From Bdellovibrionota bacterium (GTDB lineage Bacteria > Bdellovibrionota_C > UBA2361 > JBGSMV01): a stretch of DNA of 18,226 nt. The notes below the pieces were generated by a model, which did not search any database, was not told the origin of the DNA, and was given only the letters and a program-made list of their open reading frames with translations. Positions 7,173-15,560 of the stretch are shown here, piece after piece. Every line of letters begins with the position of its first letter. Position 1 is the first letter of the stretch. The DNA is taken from positions 1 to 18,226 of the forward strand of contig JBIKWF010000093.1 in assembly GCA_044356455.1 (NCBI GenBank). Direction: 5' to 3'. A program made the translations under genes and the position numbers.

Positions 7173-7422
7173 GATGGTTTCCCTCTTTCTGGTTGATTTG
7201 CCCGGCCCTGGCCGAGTCTTGAGTCGGGCGATTGGACGACATGCGCATGAAATTTACAAGTCCAATCACCTGCAAGAATGCTCGCGGAATCATTGAGGTC
7301 TAGTAATTTCAGCCCCTTACACCCTTGGCTTCTAAGATTTTGGCTCTGGCTTCTTGGCCTAAAACGCCTAAAACCTACTCTTAGCCGGCATGGCATTAGC
7401 AAATCGCGGCCGAAGGGAGCAG

Positions 7423-8076
7423 TTAAGAGAGCTCTGGTAAAAGGGAGCTCTGATACGACACTATGCCAGGAATCGTCGATAAAGACTTAGATAGCCACTG
7501 CTCTGTAAACCCTAAGCCAGTTGAGAAAAGAAATCGATATTCCCGCTGAGACCCTTCAGGGGCCATTATCTTCCGCCTGGAATACTCGATACACCGAAAC
7601 ATGCAGGCATCCAAGATTCGATTCAATGCGAGATCGACCCCCGCCCTATCCTCGCAGCGCAACGTGACTTCTACCTTCATGAGATCCGCTGGCAGGGTGT
7701 CGTTTAACCGATCCACTTTCCGCCATACGAGGACCTCTGGGAATGCCGGCACATTGAGAAATCCATCACCAGCCCACTCCACCCTTGGTCGCTCGCTCTC
7801 AGCTATCAAAGCTCTGTGTACTTCTTCACTTTCAATTTCCTGCATAACACTTGCCCCTCGAATGAGAGGTCGAAGGGATGCACTCATGATCCAGAACTGC
7901 CCTTGCACCCGAATGGACATATCCTCGGGGCTTATGTCTACGCCGAGCGTTTCAAGGGTCCTCTGAACCCGATGAACTGGGTCGCCCGAATCAGATAGAT
8001 CAAGCTGGCGGTCGTGCACAAACGTGCAGTGCGCAAAAGGCGGAGGAACACTGGAGGGTGCTTGTGTGGGGCTCAT
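7423..8076 (-). CDS. Hypothetical protein, probably a divergent tandem-ACT-domain (GcvR-like) protein
   Basis: 217-aa ORF 28 nt downstream of rlmN on the same strand. VEVTLRCEDRAGV resembles the ACT DRPG loop, and an ACT-like pattern occurs in the N-terminal half. The CDS is likely; the function is uncertain. Confidence 0.6.
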   Translation of the reverse strand: MSPTQAPSSVPPPFAHCTFVHDRQLDLSDSGDPVHRVQRTLETLGVDISPEDMSIRVQGQFWIMSASLRPLIRGASVMQEIESEEVHRALIAESERPRVEWAGDGFLNVPAFPEVLVWRKVDRLNDTLPADLMKVEVTLRCEDRAGVDLALNRILDACMFRCIEYSRRKIMAPEGSQREYRFLFSTGLGFTEQWLSKSLSTIPGIVSYQSSLLPELS

Positions 8077-8104
8077 ACTATGACACTCACTGCGCTGCGA
8101 TGCC

Positions 8105-9310
8105 TTACACTTCTGCGATTCTCAGACTCGCTACCTCGCTTGTAGCAGCACGCGGCGCGCGCTCAAGCTTTTCGCGGCGAGAATTAGTAACGAGCTGGCC
8201 ACAGGCCGCATCGATATCCTGCCCCTTGGACCAGCGCACGGTGGTTTCAAGGCCATGCCGCATGAGTTCCCGCTGCCAGTGCGAGATATGCTCCCTGGAA
8301 GGAGTCTCAAAACCAAGCCCGGCATTAAGATTGTAGGGAATTAGATTCATTTTAACGGGAACGCCACGGAGGAGCTTAGGCAAGCGCTTTAAGTCTTCCG
8401 CGCGGTCATTTATCCCCGCAAGCATCACGTACTCTATGGTGATGCGCTTGCGCTTCGAGAGCGGGTAGGCCTTGAGACACTCGATAAGCACCTCAAGGGG
8501 GTATTTCTTATTGATCGGCATGATCTGCGACCTTGTGTCATTGTCGGTCGCATTCAAGGAGATGGCGATATTGGCGTCCAATCCTGTTTCACCAAATGCC
8601 GTGATCGCCGGGACAAGCCCTACGCTTGAAATAGTAATCTTGCGCCCGGACATTCCAAGACCCGCAGAGTCCCTAAGAATCCTTAACGTATTGGTGACCC
8701 CCTCAAAATTATGAAGAGGCTCCCCCATTCCCATGAAGACCATGTTCTGAAACATGTCTCCAAAATTCTTGGCGTCATCAATAACCCCGAGCACCTGCCG
8801 AATGATTTCAGAGGTACGAAGCTGGCGCTTAAGGCCCATGGTGGCTGTTCTGCAGAACTTACACCCCATGGCACAACCTACTTGAGAAGAAACGCACAGG
8901 GTCATGCGATTCGGTTGTTTAATCATGACGGTCTCTACAAGATCGCCATTATCGACCTCAAAGAGGTATTTGCGGGTGCCATCGGAGCTGATATGCCGCT
9001 CCTTCATAACAGCCGGAGGGAACGAAAAGCCCGTGGCGAGTGATTCACGCAAGGGCTTTGCGATATTGCTCATCTCGGCAAAGCTCTGAACCCGGCGCGC
9101 ATACACCCACTGGAAAAGCTGCTGGGCGCGGTACTTAGGCAACGCAAAACGCTCTTCGAGCACCCGTTCGAGTTCAGCCCTAGGCAAGTCGAAAAAATCG
9201 AGTGCGGGTAGAGCTGCGTCAGAGGGTTCGCGAGCAGAAACCAAGGGCACATGGCCCCCGTTGGCTTCAGGGCTTCCCCCTTCTTCTCGAAGAACGTCTA
9301 CGTTAGTCAC
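8105..9310 (-). CDS. rlmN: Dual-specificity 23S rRNA/tRNA m2A methyltransferase RlmN (radical SAM)
   Basis: DGTRKYLF, TLCVSSQVGCAMGCKFC (CxxxCxxC), VFMGMGEPLHN, IEYVML, NLIPYN, GQDIDAACGQL. Typical position after ndk. Confidence 0.97.
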   Translation of the reverse strand: MTNVDVLREEGGSPEANGGHVPLVSAREPSDAALPALDFFDLPRAELERVLEERFALPKYRAQQLFQWVYARRVQSFAEMSNIAKPLRESLATGFSFPPAVMKERHISSDGTRKYLFEVDNGDLVETVMIKQPNRMTLCVSSQVGCAMGCKFCRTATMGLKRQLRTSEIIRQVLGVIDDAKNFGDMFQNMVFMGMGEPLHNFEGVTNTLRILRDSAGLGMSGRKITISSVGLVPAITAFGETGLDANIAISLNATDNDTRSQIMPINKKYPLEVLIECLKAYPLSKRKRITIEYVMLAGINDRAEDLKRLPKLLRGVPVKMNLIPYNLNAGLGFETPSREHISHWQRELMRHGLETTVRWSKGQDIDAACGQLVTNSRREKLERAPRAATSEVASLRIAEV

Positions 9311-9321
9311 AAGCGATATCC

Positions 9322-9738
9322 TTAACGCATCAATTCAGGGAAAAAGAACTTGGTTTCAATCTCAGCGTTCTCTTTGCTGTCTGAACCGTGAACTGCGTTG
9401 GCGTTGATGCTGTCAGCGAAATCGCGGCGAATCGTTCCGGCATCAGCCTTCTTCGGGTCCGTAGCGCCCATGAGCTTACGGTTAAGGGCAACCGCATCGG
9501 TACCCTCAAGCACAGAAACTACTACTGGACCTGAACACATGTACTGCACAAGCTCACCGTAGAAAGGGCGCTCCTTATGCACTTTGTAGAACTCCTGAGA
9601 TTGCTCAGTAGAAAGCGTCATCATCTTCATTGCGACAACTTTCAAACCAGCATCTTCAAAGCGGGTGAGAATCTTTCCAATGACATTCTTCTTAGTAGCG
9701 TCAGGCTTGATGATTGAAATAGTGCGTTCAATAGACAT
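9322..9738 (-). CDS. ndk: Nucleoside-diphosphate kinase
   Basis: [52 protein letters not shown] (catalytic His). SD GGAG. Confidence 0.98.
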   Translation of the reverse strand: MSIERTISIIKPDATKKNVIGKILTRFEDAGLKVVAMKMMTLSTEQSQEFYKVHKERPFYGELVQYMCSGPVVVSVLEGTDAVALNRKLMGATDPKKADAGTIRRDFADSINANAVHGSDSKENAEIETKFFFPELMR

Positions 9739-9818
9739 GCTAATTCTCCGTGTAGAAACCTCCCTGGAGCCCCGCCGAAAAGGCTAAGCCTACCAAGGTA
9801 GACAAAAACGTCTTTGAA

Positions 9819-9949
9819 AACCTGCCGCGTAAGCTTAAAGAGACACGCTCAGTGTCAGGAGCTCTTGGCGTGTGGCCAAGACCTCCCGCAGAAGCAACTT
9901 CTAGCGGTCACCCCTTTCAGGGTAGATCGCTACGCTACCGGCGCAGGTC
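9819..9949 (-). ncRNA. Candidate structured cis-regulatory leader RNA upstream of ndk (unknown family)
   Basis: Closing stem 9819-9825 / 9943-9949 encloses four near-abutting hairpins (9842-9856, 9858-9886, 9890-9902, 9902-9932). One has a GAAA tetraloop on the minus strand. Confidence 0.4.
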
Positions 9950-9978
9950 AAAAACAGATAATGATTTAAACGAGTTGG

Positions 9979-10007
9979 ATATTACCCAGGTCGAAGGCTT
10001 TACTCAA
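9979..10007 (-). promoter_or_regulatory. Candidate sigma70 promoter of the ndk-rlmN operon
   Basis: Minus strand TTGAGT (10007-10002), 17 nt, TAATAT (9984-9979). Confidence 0.45.
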
Positions 10008-10109
10008 GCACAAGCCCTAAGCACCCGAAAGAGCTAAGGAAAACATCAAAAGTTCCCCATAGCCTCGTCGCCAGGCTTCCCGCTATCCCTTTCTCAGGCG
10101 TTACAAGAA

Positions 10110-11387
10110 TCAAGACTTGGCCTTAATACGGTCATCCCCCTCAAAGCGCTTCATGAACTCTTCTGAGTTATCAAAGACAATGTACTCCCCAGGTAAAATC
10201 CTGACCCCTTGGAATTCGCGGTCCGCATTATTGGGCGCAAGCGCCAGGCTATCAAATGCTCCGTTTAGATCCTGAGCATTCACGTACGACCCTCGGGAAT
10301 CGGACTTCTCTCGGCAGTCTTTTAACTTAGTGCCCTTCGAGAGATTTACTCCAGCTCCGATGAAGTTCTTGTTACCTACCGTGATGCCAGTTCCGATACG
10401 AGCAAAACTCCCAATGAAGTTTTCATCGCCAATCAGCACGGGCTGGGCATTTGCGGGGCTTAAGACGCCTTCAAGACTTACGAAGGAACCGATTTTATTC
10501 TTGTTCCCAATTTGAGCTGAGGAAGCGATAGAGGCGTGTGAATCAATCATATTGTCGTCGCCAATATAGGCGGCAATATTAACCGCTGCGTGGAACATAA
10601 AAATGTTCCTTTTCCCCACGTAGACGCCATCACGAATCATAACGCTGGGAACGATACGGTTTCCATCTACCTTGAGGCGATCTCCCCTCACGCTCACCAA
10701 GCTTGGGAATTTATCAATCCCCCCCGCGCCAGGAGCTCCAGTCTCAGACGACGGCAGCTCTTCAAAACTCGGCACGGCCCTCACAAATTGGGGCTCTGCA
10801 GAGGGCGATTCCATAAAACGACCCGAGGCACTCAAGTAGCGATTGGGCAGATATGAAAAAGAATCGAGCAATGCTTGGCGAGCCGCTCCATCGCTGCCGC
10901 GTAAGGCGCCTTCATTAAAGAGATCGAAAAGGCTGGTGGTCCTAAATCGCAAATAGTCAGGATTTGCCTTGGCCTGATCAGTTGCGACCGCACAAATACC
11001 AACCGTTACGGCGCTCCCCTGAGCCGAGCTTTCTTTTAGAAATTCTATATTGGGATGTTTCTGATCGTCGCTCTCAAAAGGGGCAAATACCTTTAGAAGT
11101 GCTTGTTGAGAGGCAGAGGAAAGGGAGGCATGTACAAAACCCAGCGGCGTGAGCGAGGGACGTCCAAGCACCTCAAAGAGCAGATGCAAGGTTCCGAATT
11201 TGCCCTCACCTACCATTGAGGCCACATAGCGCGGGGCCTCACCTTTCTTTTCCGACCTCAAAAAGAAAAAGAGCCCTTGCTCCCGAAGCCCAGGATGCAT
11301 TTCAGAGAGAGAAGCGATCAGCGAAGAAAATTCAGCCTTTGTAGTCGGAGCCTCGAGCGAAGCGTTTCCAAGCGCAACTGTTGTCAT
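10110..11387 (-). CDS. dapD: Tetrahydrodipicolinate N-succinyltransferase-like left-handed beta-helix acyltransferase (DapD family, atypical)
   Basis: IDKFP, GNRIVPSVMIRDGVYVG, VNIAAYIGDDNMIDSHASIASSAQIG, EGVLSPANAQPVLIGDENFIG, and hexapeptide repeats. Confidence 0.75.
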   Translation of the reverse strand: MTTVALGNASLEAPTTKAEFSSLIASLSEMHPGLREQGLFFFLRSEKKGEAPRYVASMVGEGKFGTLHLLFEVLGRPSLTPLGFVHASLSSASQQALLKVFAPFESDDQKHPNIEFLKESSAQGSAVTVGICAVATDQAKANPDYLRFRTTSLFDLFNEGALRGSDGAARQALLDSFSYLPNRYLSASGRFMESPSAEPQFVRAVPSFEELPSSETGAPGAGGIDKFPSLVSVRGDRLKVDGNRIVPSVMIRDGVYVGKRNIFMFHAAVNIAAYIGDDNMIDSHASIASSAQIGNKNKIGSFVSLEGVLSPANAQPVLIGDENFIGSFARIGTGITVGNKNFIGAGVNLSKGTKLKDCREKSDSRGSYVNAQDLNGAFDSLALAPNNADREFQGVRILPGEYIVFDNSEEFMKRFEGDDRIKAKS

Positions 11388-11389
11388 AT

Positions 11390-11400
11390 CCCCCCCCCCC
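11390..11400 (-). repeat. G11 homopolymer at the ribosome-binding position of dapD
   Basis: 11 consecutive C on the + strand. The minus strand reads gcaaaGGGGGGGGGGGatATG. Confidence 0.9.
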
Positions 11401-11465
11401 TTTGCAAATGTGAAGTAAACCGTCAGAACGGTATAGCGAAATGAGTTCTAAGTGAACTGAAGTTT

Positions 11466-11963
11466 CTACTTCTTTTGAACCGGGAACTTCTTCTTGAGGG
11501 CTTCATGCACCAGGGGGGTAACTATTTTTGATACGTCCCCGCCGAGGGAGGCGATTTGGCGCACCAAAGTAGAGCTCACATAAGAGTTCTCTTCCCGGGC
11601 GATCATAAAGAGGGTCTCAAGGTCCTCATAAAGGTGCTTATTCATGAGGGCCATCTGTGCCTCATAGTCGTAATCACTAATCGCTCTAAGTCCCCGAATT
11701 ACGACAGTTGCCCCTACGTCGCGCGCGAACTCCACCAAAAGGCCAGAAAAGCTCTGCACCTCAACGCGAGCGCCTTCTCCCTTAAACTCATCACGCATCA
11801 ACGCTACCCGCTCATCGATGGTAAAAAGAGCGTTTTTTGAGGAATTGATGAGCACCCCCACAATTACTCGATCAAAGATGCGCAAAGAGCGCTTGATAAG
11901 ATCCGCGTGACCGTTCGTAAGGGGGTCAAAGGTGCCTGGGAAAATAGCTACCGAAGCCGTCAT
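11466..11963 (-). CDS. coaD: Phosphopantetheine adenylyltransferase
   Basis: AIFPGTFDPLTNGHADLI, FSGLLVEF, IRGLRAISDYDYE, MALMN, VSSTLVRQIASLGGD. SD AGGAG supports ATG 11963 rather than 12104. Confidence 0.97.
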   Translation of the reverse strand: MTASVAIFPGTFDPLTNGHADLIKRSLRIFDRVIVGVLINSSKNALFTIDERVALMRDEFKGEGARVEVQSFSGLLVEFARDVGATVVIRGLRAISDYDYEAQMALMNKHLYEDLETLFMIAREENSYVSSTLVRQIASLGGDVSKIVTPLVHEALKKKFPVQKK

Positions 11964-11985
11964 AAAGCCTGATCTCCTGTTAGGC

Positions 11986-12033
11986 GCACGAGCACCCCCA
12001 TCCATGAGCAACCCTGCCCATGAGCACCCCTTT
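11986..12033. repeat. Three degenerate 16-bp tandem repeats upstream of coaD
   Basis: gcacgagcacccccat / ccatgagcaaccctgc / ccatgagcaccccttt. Confidence 0.7.
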
Positions 12034-12161
12034 GTCAGGGTAAGGGCGTACCACAGGTCCTTTCCCCTTGACGAGAGCGATCGGATAGATGACAAGAATA
12101 GCAAAGATTTCGCTCTATTGGCGAAGGATGACCTATTCCCAGAATCTCAGGTAGAGGCCCT

Positions 12162-12407
12162 ATGACTTTTGATATTTCCCGAATTGCCGCGAAACAAAAG
12201 CGTGCCAGCGATTGGGCCAACTTCATAGAGCGAGAGGTCGTGGACCCCGCTGTGAAAAGCTCCGTGCAAAAGGATCTCTCTGAATACCGTGCACTCTTAA
12301 AGCGTTGCTGGGAAAAGAATGAAGTTACCGCCGCTGATGTTGCTGCTCTCGAAAACCTTGAGCGGCGCCTAGAAGAGCTTAACGAAGAAGCTCGCTTAGC
12401 TTCGTAA
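12162..12407 (+). CDS. Small helical/coiled-coil hypothetical protein
   Basis: 81-aa ORF filling an otherwise empty gap, with GAGG before the ATG and a terminator immediately after the stop. Heptad-like LENLERRLEELNEE. Confidence 0.8.
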   Translation: MTFDISRIAAKQKRASDWANFIEREVVDPAVKSSVQKDLSEYRALLKRCWEKNEVTAADVAALENLERRLEELNEEARLAS

Positions 12408-12411
12408 AAAG

Positions 12412-12455
12412 CAAAAGGGGCGCCTCTCCTTCTTTGACAGAGGCGCCCCTTCTTT
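12412..12455. terminator. Bidirectional intrinsic terminator
   Basis: aaggggcgcctct (12415-12427) / agaggcgcccctt (12439-12451), with A-runs to the left and T-rich sequence to the right, between convergent genes. Confidence 0.85.
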
Positions 12456-12507
12456 ATCGCGAGTACTCCTTAACGAAGCACCGCGAAGAATACCACGGCA
12501 AAGATTG

Positions 12508-13266
12508 CTACTCCTCAAGCAGTTCTTTAAGGAGCTCGTCTCGGCTCTTGATGCGCATTTCCGGCTTTGTTTCTGGCTGAGAAGGCGCTACCTCAACAGC
12601 TGCATCAGGAGCAACTGCATCCGAACCGCTCGCGTCTGGCGCACTCTCTGAGCCAGCATCACTGAGAGAGCCCGACTGACTGGCCGCGTCGTTTGTCATC
12701 GTGCCTGTGTCTTGACTTGCGGCGTCTTGGCTTGCTGCGTCTTGTGCAGCTTGATCTGCCGCAGCCTGTGCTTGCTCTGCAGCCCCAGACACTGCGTCAC
12801 GGTTATCTTCCTGCACCTCTCTCTCGACTACAGGAGCAGCGGTGTTACCTCTTTGGTCGTCTTGAGGACGAGAATTACGCTCTGGCGTGGCTGCACTTGA
12901 AGCCCCCTTCTTTTGCCCTCCTGGCAAAGCACTGCGAGGGAGTGGATCTTCTCTAGTCACGAGCTCACGGGGAATTTGAATCGTGTCTCCAAGCCTAATC
13001 CTATTGGGATTCAGACCCGGATTGGCATCACGAAGCAGCTCCCAGTTCTTCGCAGAACCGGTATACCATCCCGCGATAATCGAAAGAGTCTCACCTTGGA
13101 ATTGCACCACATGGGCGAGAAACGGCTCCGCGGCACGCCTCTGTTCGGGAGTGGGCGCGCTTTTCTGGGGCTGACAGCCCGAGAAGACCACTAAAGCCCC
13201 TAATGAGCCCGTGAGAGCAAGAGCCCTAAGAACCGATGAAAACGGAGAAGAATGTAAATGTCGCAT
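12508..13266 (-). CDS. LysM peptidoglycan-binding lipoprotein with a long low-complexity acidic tail
   Basis: Signal peptide with lipobox VFSG-C. LysM domain HVVQFQGETLSIIAGWYTG...ANPGLNPNRIRLGDTIQIP. QDAAS repeats in the tail. Confidence 0.85.
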   Translation of the reverse strand: MRHLHSSPFSSVLRALALTGSLGALVVFSGCQPQKSAPTPEQRRAAEPFLAHVVQFQGETLSIIAGWYTGSAKNWELLRDANPGLNPNRIRLGDTIQIPRELVTREDPLPRSALPGGQKKGASSAATPERNSRPQDDQRGNTAAPVVEREVQEDNRDAVSGAAEQAQAAADQAAQDAASQDAASQDTGTMTNDAASQSGSLSDAGSESAPDASGSDAVAPDAAVEVAPSQPETKPEMRIKSRDELLKELLEE

Positions 13267-13557
13267 AGCTCGTAGGTTCCGCTAAATGCAAAAGACTATA
13301 AAAACAAAAAACTGACTGCTCGCAACGAGGCACAAGAAGAAGAAGAAGAGAGACTAACCACACTTCACAAATGCCACTGCGCAAATGCCACCGTGCTACA
13401 CGCTCTGCTTGGCTGGCGATCTACTAACCAAGCGACCTCTTCTTATCGGAAGAACCCAAAGGTTTCCTCAGGAGTCTTTAGCACACCCCGTCAAAGACCT
13501 GAAATTATTTACAGATTTGGACGATTCAATCAATTGGGGAATCGCGATTCTTAGGAT

Positions 13558-15366
13558 CTATTCCGCAAAAGGAAAGCCCTGGATGCGTTCAATTGCCTTT
13601 TTCATGGCAGATTTTGCCTGGCTGGAGTCCTCTTTTTGGTAGCGCATGGTTAGGTAGCCAAGTGCCCGCCTATCGCCAAGAATCCCTAGGGCCCGCGCCG
13701 CATGCCCCCTTACCAAGGGGTCCTGGTCGTCCAGGCGCAGCATAAGGTCCGGAACCACTCGCTTATCCCCGAGTTCTGCCAAGGTCTTAATCATCTCTAC
13801 CCGGACGACATAAGAGCGATTTTTAAGGGGAACAACGCTGGCCTCCGCAAGCCCCACGACACTTCGAAGCTTTGCTTCGCGAATTGCATCGACAAGTAGT
13901 GTTTCGGGCGCCCCTTCATCAACAAGTAGTCCAACAAGCTGCCTGTCAGTCAAAGCCGAAGGAACCGCCCCCGGCGGAGGAGCCTCAATGGACGGAGCTC
14001 CGAGCACTACCCCTTCCTCAACAGAGACCACAGGTGGCGCAGTTTCGGGAGAAGTTACCCCCACCCTTACTTCAGTGGTTGGAGTAAGAACCGTCGCAGC
14101 GGGGCTCGCTCCGACCACAAGATAAAGCAGCCCGCTTCCAAGGGCGATGCAGACTCCCGCAAACACCAAAGTAAGGCGTTTCAGGGATCGCGATTGCTTT
14201 TCGGTCTGGGCCTGCTTGATTGCAGTGATACGCTGCAAACCCTCGAACTGAGTAAACATGTCTCCCGGGTTGGAGCGAGGCGCGACACGCTGAAGAGGTT
14301 TTTCGTGGCTTACTTTTCGGCTATCAAAATCCCACGGGTTTGAAAGCATTGGGTCCACGTGAGCCGCGCCCACTGGCTCCTCTGGCTCCCTCAGAGGGGG
14401 CGGCGCCTTCGACTCGGGGAGTGGCTCAGGCCTCAAACTCTTCCATCCCGAAGATTTCTTTTTTCGCGGCATGGAAGGCAAATTTGCTGCCGAAGGGCTG
14501 TTTCGAACGGAAGATGGGTCCACTCCGAGGGCTTCACAAAACGCTTCGGCAAGCTCGGTTGCCGATCCGAACCGCTCGCCGCGCTCACGACTTAACGCCT
14601 TTTCGAATTCTGCCTCCAACGCGAGCGGAAGGTCAGGGCGAAGTTCAGTGAGTGGAAGGAGATTACCTGCAAGGATATTGCTTATCACATCGGTAAAGGT
14701 TTCCCCTGCGAACGGGCGCTTACCGGTGAGGCACTCGAATGCTACGGCTGCCAAGCTGAACAGATCGGTTTTCGCATCAAGAGGTTCACTCAGGATTTGC
14801 TCCGGCGACATATAGCCTGGCGTTCCGATAACTGCTCCGGTCGCCGCGCCTTGCGCGAGCTCATCGCGGAAAAAGGCTACGCCGAAATCCAAAATGAAAA
14901 CTCTTCCGTGCCTATCAATGTGCACATTACCTGGCTTTACATCGCGGTGAATAACTCCCCGGGCATGCGCGAAGTCGAGTCCTGCTGCAAGTTGTAAGAG
15001 GTAAAAGAGCACTACCATCGGATCAAGGCGGGCATGCTGCGCAATGATGGCCTCAAGACTTTCGCCTTCAACATAATCCATTACGATATAGGGAGTATCT
15101 CCGTCGCGATTGATCTCGAAGACCGTAATGATATTGGGATGTCGTAAGCTGCCCGCAGATCGCGCCTCGCTTTTAAAGCGCTCAAGCGCCGCATCGGGAT
15201 CCTGCTCGGCTTCTGCCGAAAACGTACGCAGGGTTTTAAGGGCGACAATGCGGTCAATCTCTGGGTCACGTGCCTTATACACCACGCCCATAGAGCCCCG
15301 GCCGAGGGTGCCAAGAATCTCGTACTTTCCAATACGAGGCTTTGTTTGAGGCTGTGGAACCGCCAT
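13558..15366 (-). CDS. Hanks-type Ser/Thr protein kinase with one TM helix and C-terminal HEAT repeats
   Basis: LGRGSMGVVY, VALK, HRDVKPGN, DFG, GTPGYMSPEQ, DLFSL. TM segment LTLVFAGVCIALGSGLLYLVVGA. HEAT-like VRVEMIKTLAELGDKRVVPDL and DQDPLVRGHAARALGILGDRRAL. Confidence 0.93.
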   Translation of the reverse strand: MAVPQPQTKPRIGKYEILGTLGRGSMGVVYKARDPEIDRIVALKTLRTFSAEAEQDPDAALERFKSEARSAGSLRHPNIITVFEINRDGDTPYIVMDYVEGESLEAIIAQHARLDPMVVLFYLLQLAAGLDFAHARGVIHRDVKPGNVHIDRHGRVFILDFGVAFFRDELAQGAATGAVIGTPGYMSPEQILSEPLDAKTDLFSLAAVAFECLTGKRPFAGETFTDVISNILAGNLLPLTELRPDLPLALEAEFEKALSRERGERFGSATELAEAFCEALGVDPSSVRNSPSAANLPSMPRKKKSSGWKSLRPEPLPESKAPPPLREPEEPVGAAHVDPMLSNPWDFDSRKVSHEKPLQRVAPRSNPGDMFTQFEGLQRITAIKQAQTEKQSRSLKRLTLVFAGVCIALGSGLLYLVVGASPAATVLTPTTEVRVGVTSPETAPPVVSVEEGVVLGAPSIEAPPPGAVPSALTDRQLVGLLVDEGAPETLLVDAIREAKLRSVVGLAEASVVPLKNRSYVVRVEMIKTLAELGDKRVVPDLMLRLDDQDPLVRGHAARALGILGDRRALGYLTMRYQKEDSSQAKSAMKKAIERIQGFPFAE

Positions 15367-15560
15367 AACCTAGTTAAAACTGAGAAGCACACCAATGCGC
15401 CCTCACCCCACAGATCCGCTCGGCCGAAGGAACTGCTTCAAGCTAAATAAGCATTATCTTTCAACACCTTAGCACTGCTCTCAGAACCTACCGCGAAGCT
15501 CTTGTTCGCGCAGGCTCTGGGCAGCTGGCCTTCCGTAGCTAAACTAGGTACGAACATAAC

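Noticed and set aside
9852..10037. 61-aa plus-strand ORF between ndk and dapD
   Set aside because: GTG start without an RBS, antisense to the flanking genes, and it overlaps the hairpin cluster.
11964..12104. 47-aa N-terminal extension of CoaD in the ORF track
   Set aside because: Homology starts at MTASVAIFPG, which has its own AGGAG SD.
13333..13391. (AAG)5 microsatellite and a caaatgccac duplication upstream of the LysM gene
   Set aside because: Short, intergenic and with no evident link to a promoter or RBS. Noted only as part of the general slippage pattern.
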